A stretch of DNA of 58,391 nucleotides, counting the filler, from Nemertoderma westbladi (Eukaryota > Animalia > Xenacoelomorpha): NCBI GenBank assembly GCA_032718475.1. It is 2 parts of 2 records of this genome, joined end to end, with 100 filler letters (N's around TTAATTAATTAA, not from the genome) between each part and the next. Parts side by side here need not be neighbours in the genome. Positions count along the whole stretch, not along the records: positions 1 to 27,231 come from JAUCBJ010005504.1; 1 more part is not named here. One strand, given 5' to 3'. A model generated the notes under the pieces. It was not told the DNA's origin and made no database searches. It worked only from the letters and a program-made list of their open reading frames with translations. Positions 1 to 12,300 of the stretch are shown here, piece by piece; the stretch's first letter is position 1, and every line of letters begins with the position of its first letter. The position numbers and the translations under genes were made by a program.

Positions 1-654
1 TTTATACTTTCGATAATTCAAGCAGTTTACGGTACAGCAGTATCTATCCAAAAATGCCGGTGTTTCTGGCTTAGACAGCAATAACAACAAAGTATCAAGA
101 AAAAACAGTAAGACTGAACACTCTCCTTATGATCGGCAGGAAAGCTACACGTCGACAGGAAAAACCGCCCTGATTGGCCCAAGCCAAACAAAGAACCACG
201 CGTCCAATGGCTGTTTCCATGTCAGCAACCAGCTGCTAGATGTCGTAATATGAATCATCACGGCTAAGCTGTGAAAGGTGGTTGGTGCATTACAAGTTTT
301 TTGTCTTACCATGTCCGCTAAAACACGTATATAGCAGAATGATTTTTATGTCCGTTAAAACACCTGTAAAGGTACCTTGCGGGCGAGGGGAATATATATA
401 CAGTTAGGAAACCCTTTTTAGAGTATTCCAGCGCCTGGGGGGGAACTGGCCAGCAAAGGCAAACGTATCAGTTATCCCACAAAAGCTTTTACAATGTCGC
501 TAAATTAAGATTATTTACTTCACATAAAACACCACTGCTGTACTGCTTTTACCAGTAGGCCTACCGGTAGCAGGTATCTGGGTTTATAGATTGCAGTAGG
601 CCTATTTTGCGTACCGGTAGTTGTGTTCAATGCAGCAATGAAAGCAGTAATGTT

Positions 655-1115
655 TTATTATATTTTCTACACTGGGAACACGGGGTCAGTCGGATCGTAA
701 TGCGGGCCGCTGCCGAGTTTCTTACTCCGAGCACGCAGTGCGGCGGGAAGAGTCAGACTTGCGTCGACGTCGACGAGGAATGCGATGCGATCTGGGTTTA
801 GCGGCGGACCGGATCGCCTTGGGGGAGGGCTGAACGGCTGCGTCTGACAGACGTGTATCGCACCAGATAACAGGATTACATTCTCTGCGGCGCGAAAGTG
901 GGAGTCCAATTCCAATTCATTATCGAATTGGGTCGGAAGCTGCGACCTGCTGGACCGGGAATTCTACGGGTACGGCAGTACGGGGATAATCCGTAGTGGT
1001 CGGCGATTCCGATTACGGACGGATAACCCCCCCCCCCCCCCCCCGAGGCATTTCGATCGAGTTTCTCGTTTTCTCGAGGCGGATAGAGACTTGGTTGTTT
1101 TGGGCGGGGATACCC
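655..1115 (+). repeat. GC-rich dispersed repeat module (copy 1; copy 2 at ~35150-35600)
   Basis: Collinear shared blocks with 35150-35600: ctacactgggaa, gtcggatcgtaatgc, cgtcgacg, gggtttagcggcg, cagacgtgtatcgcacc, tttcgatcgagtttctcgt, cggatagagacttg. Confidence 0.75.
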
Positions 1116-2200
1116 GTCCCGTACCCGTACCGAGAGCTCAGTCGGGGTGGATGGGTCGTCGGCAATCTTGCAAGAAGAAATTATCGGTCCGTTACTTTCG
1201 GTTATTGGTGTCTCGTGTCTCCATTGGAAAAAGCCGTTGAATCTGTTAATATAACGCTGGCCCTGCACGCTTTCAGCTTTCTAAAAGAATCAATCAGTGT
1301 CTGCTGCCTGCTGGTGGAACCTATCTAAATTATTACTGTGTACTGTGTTAGTCGACATTACTATAGTCGACAATTAACGCTTACCTTTAGGCACAATCCG
1401 AATTGAGCATGGAAGTGAAGGAGGGTCTTATTGAATTTATTGTGTATAATTAATTAATTATTAAATAATTTAAATTTGATTGTTTGTGCTTTAATATTGT
1501 ATTGCCTTTGATTGTTACATTTTCATAGTTGTTTTTATTTTATGTTTAATAGTAAAATCTGAGTGTAATAACATTCTAAAAATCTTCTTCAAAAAAAGTT
1601 ATTTTACTCGCCGTAAATAGTTTAGTGTTTTCGAATATTTATTACGTAACTAGAGAGCCGCTTAATACTACTTTATACATAGTCGGAGTTGTTGGCAATG
1701 GGGCTGATCGCGATGGGGAATTGACCCAAATACTGTCATCGGCAAATTATTAGCATGTCTCATGGTAAATTATTTATTAAGGGAAATTAGCAGGTTACGG
1801 TGGCACGTTATTCTAACAAAAAGGAATAAATAAAGCACAATAGAACAGGTTACAGTTTTATTTTAGGAGTAAACAGCTGTTATTTGCGTCGATTTTCTCC
1901 TGGAGAGGGAAGAATCTTCTATCTGCAATTAAGTGAAAATATTTCGACAACATTTCCTTTTATCATCATGGTCGCTCATACAGTACGGTAGCCAAAAGAT
2001 ATAATTCCTTTACATTATAAATAATTATAACAGTATAAACAACAAAATTAATTATAATTCTAAGCTATTTAGTCTTTACCATTTTTATACATTGACAAGA
2101 CTTTTTGGCCTTTAAAATAATTGATATTGGTTGAATAATTATTATTAAGATCAAAATATTCGGAATTCGGAGAAAGCAGTCATCGAAGCCATAGTTTTAG

Positions 2201-2432
2201 GTTTAATAGATTCCGCCGTCATCGTCCCGGGTTTAATAGACTCCATCCAGCCGTCGCATCGTCCCGGGTTTAATAGACTCCGTCCAGCCGTCGCATCGTC
2301 CCGGGTTTAATAGACTCCATCCAGCCGTCGCATCGTCCCGGGTTTAATAGACTCCGTCCAGCCGTCGCATCGTCCCGGGTTTAATAGACTCCATCCAGCC
2401 GTCGCATCGTCCCGGGTTTAATAGACTCCGTC
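2201..2432. repeat. 37-bp tandem repeat, ~6 copies, alternating A/G variants (74-bp dimer)
   Basis: Unit gtttaatagactcc(a/g)tccagccgtcgcatcgtcccgg starts at 2231, 2268, 2305, 2342, 2379 and 2416. Confidence 0.9.
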
Positions 2433-3840
2433 GCCCTCTTTCTGATCCGGCAGTCCGGATCGGCTGATCGGCATCGTTCCGCTGTTCAGTGTTTTTAACA
2501 AACGCCAGAAATCTGTCACTACTATTTCTGTATTTATTTATTTAAATTTATTATATGCAATATTATTTATTTACCGGTAGCCTACATTTCAATTTAATGA
2601 ATTTACAATTCATTAAATTATGAATTACATTTCTGCATTTGTCATATAGGCTAGGCATATACTTCTTTACCGTGTGTACTCTGGCTTCCGGTACTGTCAT
2701 TCATTGCTGCATTGAATACAACTACCGGTACGCAAATACTGCAATCTATAAACACTATTTATTTATTTCTTATTTATTTATTTCCTCCAAAATATATAAT
2801 AAAAATAATGCACAATACCCTACAAAATTGATTGCTGGGTTGATTGGTGTGAGCTTCCGCTATAGCATAGCTAGTGTAGTTTTAGCTCACCCCTGCATCT
2901 GGAGAGTTCTAGAATGTTTAAAGGAAATTTAATTATACAGATAGGTGCGTGCAGTGCGGTGCGAGATACCTGCTACTGGTAGGCCTACTGGTAAAAGGAG
3001 AACAGCAGTGTTTTATGTGAAGAAAGTAATCTTAATTTAGCGACATATTATAAGTAACTAAATTTATAATGTATAAAAAGACCAAATGAAATTCAATATT
3101 AATTTTCACCTGTCTGCATGGATGGTTGTTTTTAGATTATCTTTCATTTGGCGGTCCAGTTCAGTCCAGTTCGCCACTCTTTCGATCCAGTTCGGTTCAG
3201 TTCGGTCCAGTTCGGTCCAGATTCGTGTACAGTACTATCCCGAACGTGTATGATCTACTGTATATATCTATATGTATGTATAACCATCCAATATCTCAAA
3301 AAATCAAGCAGGTACGCAAAAATTTCAATAACAAACTTTACATGAATTTTGGTTGCGCACAAGACTGTATATTTTTTGTGGCGTTTCGATCACCAGGTCA
3401 CTGAAAAATAGCGGTTTTGAAAATTTAAAGTCTAATTTCACCGATTTCATCTCGTCGAGTAGGCAGCAACTTTTATAATTGGGCTATTCAGTCATATGAG
3501 CAACATATTTGAGCCTTCTTTTCAAATATCGCAAATCTCGCACAGAACGTCGCCAAAATTTGTTAGTCCGGCAAAGAAACGCACAAATTCGTCTAAAAGA
3601 GTAAATTATTGGATCCAGAATAATATGATTCAACTAGAAAAGCCACGAAGCTGGTATATTGAGACCATCCATAGACAAACGTAGTGTTAGTTGGGTCAGA
3701 GTATTGTGTTTGACATGGTCATTTCGTGGAATCAGACTGATTTTGATTACAGCTAATATTGAAACGAGGATAGATGATCTACAACGGGACACTCTAATTG
3801 TATAAAGTACTGTAGGTAGTTGGTGTAATGTGGGATATCC

Positions 3841-4445
3841 TTAATTATTGGTATTGCTGAGTGCCTCAGAAAGGTCGCAAGATTTCGACATGTCAATCAT
3901 TTGTACTTTGCACGATGTGTCAGCTTGGTCGGGACCAGTAGATCGTCTTTCCCGAAACGAGGTCTGTGGTCTGTTAAACGAGTTGAAGTTTAAGCCAGAA
4001 AACTTCATGTCAACCTTTGCGGAGCAAATAGCGGTGACCTGTTTCCAGAAGGAATATCGAAACAGTACAAACAGCCAGGGGACGATGGTTGCGTATATGT
4101 ACGTGAGACCATTGAGGGACATGCTGATCGCGTAGATGTGAGGTTGCGATTCATTGATGGCGCCGTAAGCGTGGGCGAGTTGTAGCACCCAGAAAGGGCA
4201 CCACATGGTGAAAAAGGAGAAAATAATCGCAACTACCATGTATGTGACTTGGCGTTTCTGTTGCCACTCAGCAAACTTCTGTTTCCTTAGGGAATGGTGT
4301 GCCGGCCTGTGGCACAAGGAGTTTAACATTAATCCATAGCTGATCGTGGATACGATGAGAGTGGAGGGGAAGGTCAATACGAATATTGCTGTGTAGTAGG
4401 GTCGGGCCAGCCATTCTGGGAAGGTGGCGACGCAAACAGCCAGGC
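3841..4445 (-). CDS. Rhodopsin-class peptide GPCR, 3' part (ECL2 to C-terminus); urotensin-II/MCH/somatostatin-receptor-like
   Basis: The frame is open upstream of the listed ORF: GLAVCVATFPEWLARPYYTAIFVLTFP (ECL2 Cys, TM5 Pro), then TM6 FFTMWCPFWVLQL, TM7 LTYIYATIVPWLF and helix 8 SFWKQV. Confidence 0.85.
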
Positions 4446-4448
4446 CTA

Positions 4449-4798
4449 GGGATCGATTGGATACTGATAAAATTGTAATTAAATATAATTGGTGGTTTGG
4501 TGCATTTGTCGTATAAAAACACTCATATATAATATACGCCTACTAGGCAAACCAAACATTCCTGTGATTGTCGCAGGATCTTATTATGTTTGCTTTATAG
4601 TAACTATCTCATGATGGCGCATAATGTTGTATCTTATTGGATTAGTCATACAATTTTCCTTTTTAAAAAGTAAATAAGACGATTGTTGCGAGTGACTCTT
4701 GGTGGTATAATGACTCACGGAAACATTATACATTATTATGTAAATTTTAGGTGTATCTCTGATTGGCTAATGGTAACCATGGTTATCCAATCGATTCC
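4449..4798. mobile_element. 350-bp MITE-like insertion in the GPCR, coincident with its only possible intron
   Basis: TA|GGGATCGATTGGATA at 4447-4463 and TATCCAATCGATTCC|TA at 4784-4800: 15-bp TIRs with 1 mismatch and TA duplicated on both sides. Confidence 0.8.
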
Positions 4799-5302
4799 TA
4801 TATTGCCGTGACCTTTTTCGCTGGTTATCACATTTGCGTAGACAACGCCGGGTGAAGCTGTTGCCACCGCAACCAACCAAATGATAAAGTTAGTCGCTGA
4901 CGAATATTTCCTGGCATTCTGTCTTAGAAGAATAAATGGATGAGATATGGCGAGGTAGCGTTGAAAACTCATTGCTGTTAGTGTCATAGAACTCACCATC
5001 ATAGCAACTAGATCCACCAATGAAATCGCCTTGCATCCGAATCCCCCGAAAGGCCATTCTGGCATGCTGTAATAGACTCCATATAAAATTCCTCCAATGA
5101 GGAAGCTGATGTTACTGATTATGAGATTGACAACAAAGTACCAGATAGAAGTGACCTTGGCTGAAACTATAAGTAGAGTAATCGCTATAGCGTTAGTTAC
5201 AATTCCAGGAACGCAAACAATTGCTGTAAATATTGGTGCAACTACAGACATGATTACCATGACATTGTCTCTATAGCCAACAACGTCCACAGTGTTATTC
5301 AT
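4798..5302 (-). CDS. Rhodopsin-class peptide GPCR, 5' part (N-terminus to TM4)
   Basis: N-glycosylation site MNNT; TM1 GIVTN; TM2 NLIISN; ECL1 WPFGGFGCK; TM3 VDLVAM...MSFQRYLAI (DRY variant); TM4 IWLVA...SP. Joined to the 3' part it gives about 369 aa. Confidence 0.85.
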
Positions 5303-5734
5303 TTTATATATATAATACCGGTAATATTAATAATATTTAATTATTATTAGTCAGAAACAACATCAACATCTAACATTATGCGCTCATGTTTACACGATTT
5401 TGGTTAGCGGATTAATCTTATTTCAAGGACAATAACAACGTAACTAATATCTAATCTCTATTATTTATTGCGACATTCAATACATTAGGTGGTATTTCAA
5501 ATTCCAGGTCAACCTTTTGCGTTTATTGCACACCCGAAATTTTAGAACACCTCTCATCCAACTTGGACCTCAAATATGAATTTGTTGAACTGATTGAATT
5601 GATGATATTATTGCAGCAATCAGATCATTGTACAATGGTTCCATCACATTTGTGTCTACTGCTCATGGTGACACAGATCCATTCAAGTCTTATGGGGAGT
5701 CCTTCAGTGTGACACACTTGCACCATTCTTATTC

Positions 5735-7010
5735 GTAATTGTGGTTGAATATGTTCTACGCATGTCCTTAGACCATCTTAATAAAGATGGGGTGATGGTA
5801 AAACCCCAGTAGTATAAGAAGCTATTAGCTTCTTGTACTGGGTACTGCTCACCCCCTACTGGTACAAGAAGATGAGGAAATCCAGCAAAGTACCTTACTG
5901 ATCTAGACTTTGCTGATGACGTAGGGGGTACTGGAGTAAGGCAACGATTTTGAACATTTCTTCGCGATTTTCGTGATCTTCGCAAACGTCGCGATTATTG
6001 CGAAGATTGAGAAAATCGCTAAATTTCGCAAAAGTCGCTATTTTCACGAAATTTTGTGTTTACCAAAGTTTACCAATTTTGTTAGATCGCGATGTTTGCG
6101 AAATTTCGCAATCTTCGCAAAAATTGCGATGTTTACGAAGATGGCGAAAATCGCGAAGAATTGTTCAAAATCTTTGCCCTAATGGGGTACTGTCAGAATC
6201 ACTAGAAGAAGCAGCCGAAAGGCTCCTCTTCTCATTGGAGCAGGTTGCTTCTAGTGTTGATCTTTTTGTAAATTCCAAGAAGACCACTATCATGGCAGTA
6301 AACCTAGACAGCCCTCAAGAATTGTCGGATCGTAGGGCATAAGCTCTAAGGATGGCTTTTTTGAGCATGTGGATGACTTCTGCTACTTGGGATCATGGAT
6401 CACAAAGTCAGGTGAAGACCTTCTGATACATACGGGGAAGGCATAGGCAGCGTTAAATAGTCTGTCCAGGATTTGTAAGTCCTACAGAATAAAACGGATC
6501 CTTAAGGTTCGATTATTTATGGCTGTAGTAGTACCAGTACTCTTATATGGGAGTCCTTGTTGGGCTCTAACTGCAGAGGATACCAAATCTCTGGATAGCA
6601 TTTTTACAAGAATGCTGCGCCGGGTCCATTGTGTCAAGTACAATGAACACATCTCCAATCAGACTCTATACAACATTGGAGGTGTTCCATTAATCTTCCC
6701 TAGATTGACACTTGAACGGAACCGCCTCCGCTTTGCAGGACATTGCTATCGTCATAATGACCAGCCAGTGCATAATCTTGTGCTTTGGCGCCATCATGGA
6801 GCGAATAAGCATGTTGAACACCCCATGACTTTCTTGAGACGAACCTTAAAGGTCACTGGCTTTGAAATTGCAGATGATCTAGCAAATGTCATGGGTGATA
6901 GGAAGTTGTGGAGGCGCGATTTTGTCGAAAGGCTGGCACACATTCTTAAAGTATATGTAAAATATATATAATGCATCTGCAATGCAGCATGCCGATCGTA
7001 GTAGTAGTAA
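5735..7010 (+). mobile_element. RTE-like LINE family A, 5'-truncated degenerate copy
   Basis: KYLTDLDFADDV RT catalytic motif at ~5890-5923; DDFCYLGSWI; VVPVLLYGSPCW; RLRFAGHC; (TAG)n tail at ~7000; stops and frameshifts present. Confidence 0.9.
5934..6184. mobile_element. Foldback MITE with 8-bp TSD (hAT/P-like) inserted into the RT
   Basis: About 80-bp imperfect inverted arms (aaggcaacgattttgaacatttcttcgcgattttcg / cgaaaatcgcgaagaattgttcaaaatctttgccct). GGGTACTG is duplicated at 5926-5933 and 6185-6192. Confidence 0.85.
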
Positions 7011-7946
7011 GTAAAGTTGTATGCACATTAATACAGTAGTTATCGGATTTGGTAACTTTGAATTGACTCGCAACTCTTGAGTTAGTTCTAGTTTCGGTAT
7101 CTGTTTAGCAGAGGATGAAATTTATAACGAAATAGCTTCAGCATGAGCAATAATGAGCATGTGTGTGATTTCTGCTACTTCAGATCTGTGTCTGTCATGA
7201 ACTGTTATGAAATCATTTCTATAACCAACAATTACAGTAGAAATATATTGTTAAAATTAATTGTTTGACATAGCGCTGTTAGTAAAGATTAACTGTATGC
7301 AAAATTAAGAATTTTAAAAATAAGTTGTGTTCAGGTGTGTATTACTGTATATATAATGAAACACATAAAAAAAACTAAAATCAAGACGTTTCTATTGGGT
7401 GTTGCCATGGACGGTGCCTTGGGATTTGTTTGAGAACAGTATATCTGAGAAAGGAAATACAGGAACCATTTATGAGATCCAACTAGATAATCTTAATAAG
7501 CTAACTTTGAAGTCAGTTCCGTATGAGTAATAAAAATTATTTTAAAACTGTTAGGTTGAACAGGGCTTTAGGAAGCACATTTAATTAAAATGAATATAGA
7601 AATTAGATTTAAAATTCCACCGAAACAATTTAGTTTACAGAGTTTATTTGAGTTGAAGGATACCACACAATACAAAGACAGAAAAAATAAATACTGTATA
7701 GCGATTTGCAATAAATTAATTAATGTAATGCAATAATGATTTTATTTATGGTGTACGATTCCCGAACCAAATACCACTTCCACGGCCATCAACCAGTCTT
7801 CTGTTCCTTGCCAAAAATGGGGGGAGTGTAGCACAGTCTATCGTGTTTCCACATTAAGCTTGATGCTCCTTTCCTTGATGCTGTTAGTCTATCGCCTACC
7901 TCATACATTTTATTGTAACAGCATTCAAATTGCCATGATTTTTAAG

Positions 7947-8114
7947 CTGGTGCCACAGAGAGGTTGATGCCCCAGAGAGGTTGGTCTGAGAGAGGTTGGT
8001 GCCCCAGAGGGGTTGGTGCCCCAGAGAGGTTGATGCTCCAGACAGTTTGGTGCACAGAGAGGTTGGTGCCCAATAGAGGTTGGTGCCAAGAGAGGTTTGT
8101 GCCCCAGAGAGGTT
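7947..8114. repeat. 16-18-bp G-rich minisatellite, left block
   Basis: Units of agaggttggtgcccc(a)(g/t). Confidence 0.9.
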
Positions 8115-8437
8115 AGTAGTACGTATTTGGGCGGCTCGGTGACAGTTGGACCTCACTCATGACTCATCGATTAGGAATGTGACACCTAAGGTGTCATTGG
8201 CGCCAGACTGTCTGTGTGACATCTCCCAATTAGGCTATTTAGACTCTAATTGACGGGTGTCATCAATTAATTAGTACATTATAAATATAATATATATGCC
8301 CGATAATGAATACTGCTGTACGAGTCCTACTTGCATAAACTGCTGTCTGCAATATCTGAATATGAGTACTACTAACCTGCATTCCGTCAGTGATCTTCAG
8401 AAGCTAAGTCAAACTGAATTACAAAAAGTAAATAAAG

Positions 8438-9180
8438 ATGAAAATGGTTAAAATAATCTTATTGGATAAGGATTCATCTACTGACTCAATAAACACAGTA
8501 TCAGAGCAAATTAAAATGTTGTCCACTGAAGTTAAAAGTATGAAAAGGGAACTGTCTTCCTTGAGCTCCTCCAGTTCGATTTCTCTAGATTCTATCTCCA
8601 GCAAGCTAGAGGCGATTGAGGAAAGCCAGACTTTCCTAGGTAGTAAATACTCCCAATAGTAAACACTCTATCTGCTGAAAATAAACTTCTAAAAGAAACT
8701 GTTAAATCCCAGGATTAACGCATTGCAAAGCTGGAGATACATAAAAACCAACACGAACAAGCCGCTCTGAATTGCAACTTAGTCATCGATGGTATCCCGG
8801 ACCAGGTTCCTAAATCCCAGTTACAGCAGTTGGTTTGCACTCTCGGTGGCAGGCTGGGAATCTCTGTTTTCCAATCTGAAATTAAATCTTGTACCCGGCT
8901 TGGGTCCGCCTCTAAATCGGGTAACCCGAGCCAGAGACCTATATTGAAACCTAGGCCAACACCTATTCTGTGTGAGTTCAATGTAAAATATGTGCGTAAC
9001 GAGTTCATGTTGAAAAAGAGAACAAAATACGATATATCTGATTTGTTCAATGGCGCTAATAATGCAACCCACACGCTCTACTTAAAGGGGCACTTATCTC
9101 AATCCAATAAGGTTATTTACAGCGCTGCCCTGCGTTTCAACTCGGATCATTCTTACCATCATATATATACTATATGATGG
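8438..9180 (+). pseudogene. Degenerate non-LTR retrotransposon ORF1 (CR1/L2-clade-like coiled coil plus RRM) splitting the minisatellite
   Basis: Across stops and frameshifts: coiled coil ...EESQTFLGSKY...ENKLLK...EQAALNCNLVIDGIP...TRLG...PILCEF...LYLKGHLSQSNK, the usual LINE ORF1p motif order. Confidence 0.7.
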
Positions 9181-9396
9181 ATCATATATAGATACGGATC
9201 ACGTCGATTTCTCAACTTACCTCCCTTCGTCAACATTCCTCCCAGACCACCACATTGGTCTCTGATACCGCCCAGAATTTCTCAGGTAAACTGGTTACTG
9301 TTGTCGATGATAAATGAATATACTTTTGCCATGGGTTTATTTGCATGGAGTTCATATATGGTAATTCTTAACTTTTTTCTTTATAAGCGGATACAA

Positions 9397-12300
9397 CCAG
9401 AGAGGTTGGTGCCCAGAGAGGTTGGTGCCCCCTTAGAGGTTGGTTCCCCATAGAGGTTGGTGCCCCCATAGAGGTTGGTGCCCCCATAGAGGTTGTTGCC
9501 CGATAGAGGTTGGTGCCCCAGAGATGTTGGTGCCCCATAGCGGTTGGTACCCCATAGAGGTTGGAGCCCCCTTAGAGGTTGGTGCCCCATAGAGGTTGGT
9601 GCTCCAGAGAGGTTGTTGCCCCAGAGAGGTTGGTACCCCATAGAGGTTGGTGCCCCAGAGAGGTTGGTGCCCAGAGAGGGTGGTGCACGTGAGAGGTTGG
9701 TGCCCGATAGAGGTTGGTGCCCCCATAGAGGTTGGTGCCCCAGAGAGGTTGGTGCCCCCATAGAGGTTGGTGCCCCAGAGAGGTTGGTGCCCCCTTAGAG
9801 GTTGGTGCCCCATAGAGGTTGGTGCCCCAGAGAGGTTGGTGCCCGATAGAGGTTGGTGCCCGATAGAGGTTGGTGCCCCCATAGAGGCTGGTGCCCTAGA
9901 GAGGTTGGTTCCCCCATAGAAGTTGGTGCCCCAGAGAGGTTGGTGCCCCCTTAGAGGTTGGTGCCCCATAGAGGTTGGTGCCCCAGAGAGGTTGGTGCCC
10001 GATAGAGGTTGGTGCCCGATAGAGGTTGGTGCCCCCATAGAGGTTGGTACCCCAGAGAGGTTGGTGCCCGATAGAGGTTGGTGCCCGATAGAGGTTGGTG
10101 CCCCCATAGAGGTTGGTGCCCCCATAGAGGTTGGTGCCCCAGAGAGGTTGGTGCCCCCTTAGAGGTTGGTGCCCCATAGAGGTTGGTGCCCCAGAGAGGT
10201 TGGTGCCCGATAGAGGTTGGTGCCCGATAGAGGTTGGTGCCCCCATAGAGGCTGGTGCCCTAGAGATGTTGGTGCCCCATAGAGGTTGTTACCCCGTAGA
10301 GGTTGGAGCCCCCATAAAGGTTGGTGCCCCATAGAGGTTGGTGCACAGAGAGGTTGGCGCCCAGAGAGGGTGGTGCCCATAGAGGTTGGTGCCCCATAGA
10401 GGTTGGTGCCCCAGAGAGGTTGGTACCCCATAGAGGTTGGTGCACAGAGAGGTTGGTGCCCCAGAGAGGTTGGTGTCCAGAGAGGGTGGTGCACCTGAGA
10501 GGATGGTGCCCCCATAAAGTTTGGTGCCCCAGAGAGGTTGGTGCCCAGAGAGGTTGGTGCCCCCTTAGAGGTTGGTTCCCCATAGAGGTTGGTGCCCCCA
10601 TAGAGGTTGGTGCCCCAGAGATGTTGGTGCCCCATAGCGATTGGTATCCAATAGAGGTTGGAGCCCCCTTAGAGGTTGGTGCCCCATAAAGGTTGGTGCC
10701 CCATAGAGGTTGGTGCCCCAGAGAGGTTGTTGCCCCAGAGCGGTTGGTACCCCATAGAGGTTGGTGCCCCAGAGAGGTTGGTGCCCAGAGAGGGTGGTGC
10801 ACCTGAGAGGTTGGTGCCCCCATAGAGGTTGGTGCCCCAGGGAGGTTGGTGCCCAGAGAGGTTGGTGCCCCCTTAGAGGTTGGTGCCCCATAGAGGTTGG
10901 TGGCCCCATAGAGGTTGGTGCCCTAGAGATGTTGGTGCCCCATAGAGGTTGGTACCCCATAGAGGTTGGAGCCCCCATAGAGGTTGGTGCCCCATAGAGG
11001 TTGATGCCCCAGAGAGGTTGGTGCCCAGAGAGGTTTGGCGCCCCAGAGAGGTTGGTGCCCAGAGAGGGTGGTGCCCCATAGAGGTTTGTGCCCCATAGAG
11101 GTTGGTGCCCCAGAGAGGTTGGTACCCCATAGAGGTTGGTGCACAGAGAGGTTGGTTCCCCAGAGAGGTTGGTGCCCCCATAGAGGTTGGTGCCCCAGAG
11201 AGGTTGGTGCCCAGAGAGGGTGGTGCACCTGAGAGGTTGGTGCCCCCATAGAGGTTGGTGCCCCAGAGAGGTTGGTGCCCAGAGAGGTTGGTGCCCCAGA
11301 GAGGTTGTTGCCCCAGAGAGGTTGGTGCCCCAGAGAGGTTGGTGCCCAGAGAGGTTGGTGCCCCAGAGAGGTTGGTGCCCCCGAGAGGTTGGTGTACCAT
11401 GAGGTTGGTGCCCAATAGAGGTTGGTGCCAAGAGAGGTTGTTGCCCCAGAGAGGTTGGTGCCCCAGAGAGGTTGATGCCCAGAGAGATTTGTGGCCCAGA
11501 GAGGTTGATGTCCCAGAGAGGTTGGTGCCCAGAGAGGTTGGTGCCCCAGATAGGTTGGTCTGAGAGAGGTTGGTGCCCCCGAGAGGTTGGTGTACAGAGA
11601 GGTTGGTGACCCATAGGGTTGGTGCCCAGAGAGGTTGGTGACCAGAGAGGTTGGTGACCCATGGAGGTTGGTGCCCAGAGAGGTTGGTGCCCCATAAAGG
11701 TTGGTGCCCCATAGAGGTTGGTGCCCCCAGAGAGTTTGGTGCCCAAGCGAGGTTGGTGCCACAGAGAGGTTGGTTCCCCATAGAGGTTGGTGCCCAGAGA
11801 GGTTGGTGCCTCATATAGTTTGGTGCCCCAGAGGGTTTGGTGCCCCAGCGAGGTAGGTGCCCCAGAGAGGTTGGTGCCCCATAGAGGTTGGTGCCCAGAG
11901 TGGTTGGTGCCCCATAGAGGTTGGTCCCCCACAGAGTTTGGTGCCCCAGCGAGGTTGGTGCCCCAGAGAGGTTGGTGCCCCAGAGCGGTTGGTGCCCCAT
12001 AGAGGTTGGTGCCCAGAGAGGTTGGTGCCCCATAGAGGTTGTTGCCCCATAGAGGTTGGTGCCCCAGAGAGTTTGGTGCCCAAGCGAGGTTGGTGCCACA
12101 GAGAGGTTGGTTCCCCATAGAGGTTGGTGCCCAGAGAGGTTGGTGCCCCATAGAGGTTGGTGCCCCATATAGTTTGGTGCCCCAGAGGGTTTGGTGCCCC
12201 AGCGAGGTTGGTGCCCCAGAGAGGTTGGTGCCCCATAGAGGTTGGTGCCCAGAGTGGTTGGTGCCCCATAGAGGTTGGTGCCAAAGAGAGGTTGATGCCC

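Larger units (their letters stand above)
494..3046. repeat. Long inverted repeat pair (~150-bp arms) enclosing ~2 kb; possible foldback/TIR element or two inverted copies of one repeat
   Basis: 494-579 (atgtcgctaaattaagatt...caggtatct) is the near reverse complement of 2964-3046. About 582-642 (tttatagattgcagta...caatgcagcaatga) matches about 2699-2753 in reverse. The right arm is split by about 210 bp. No TSD seen. Confidence 0.6.
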
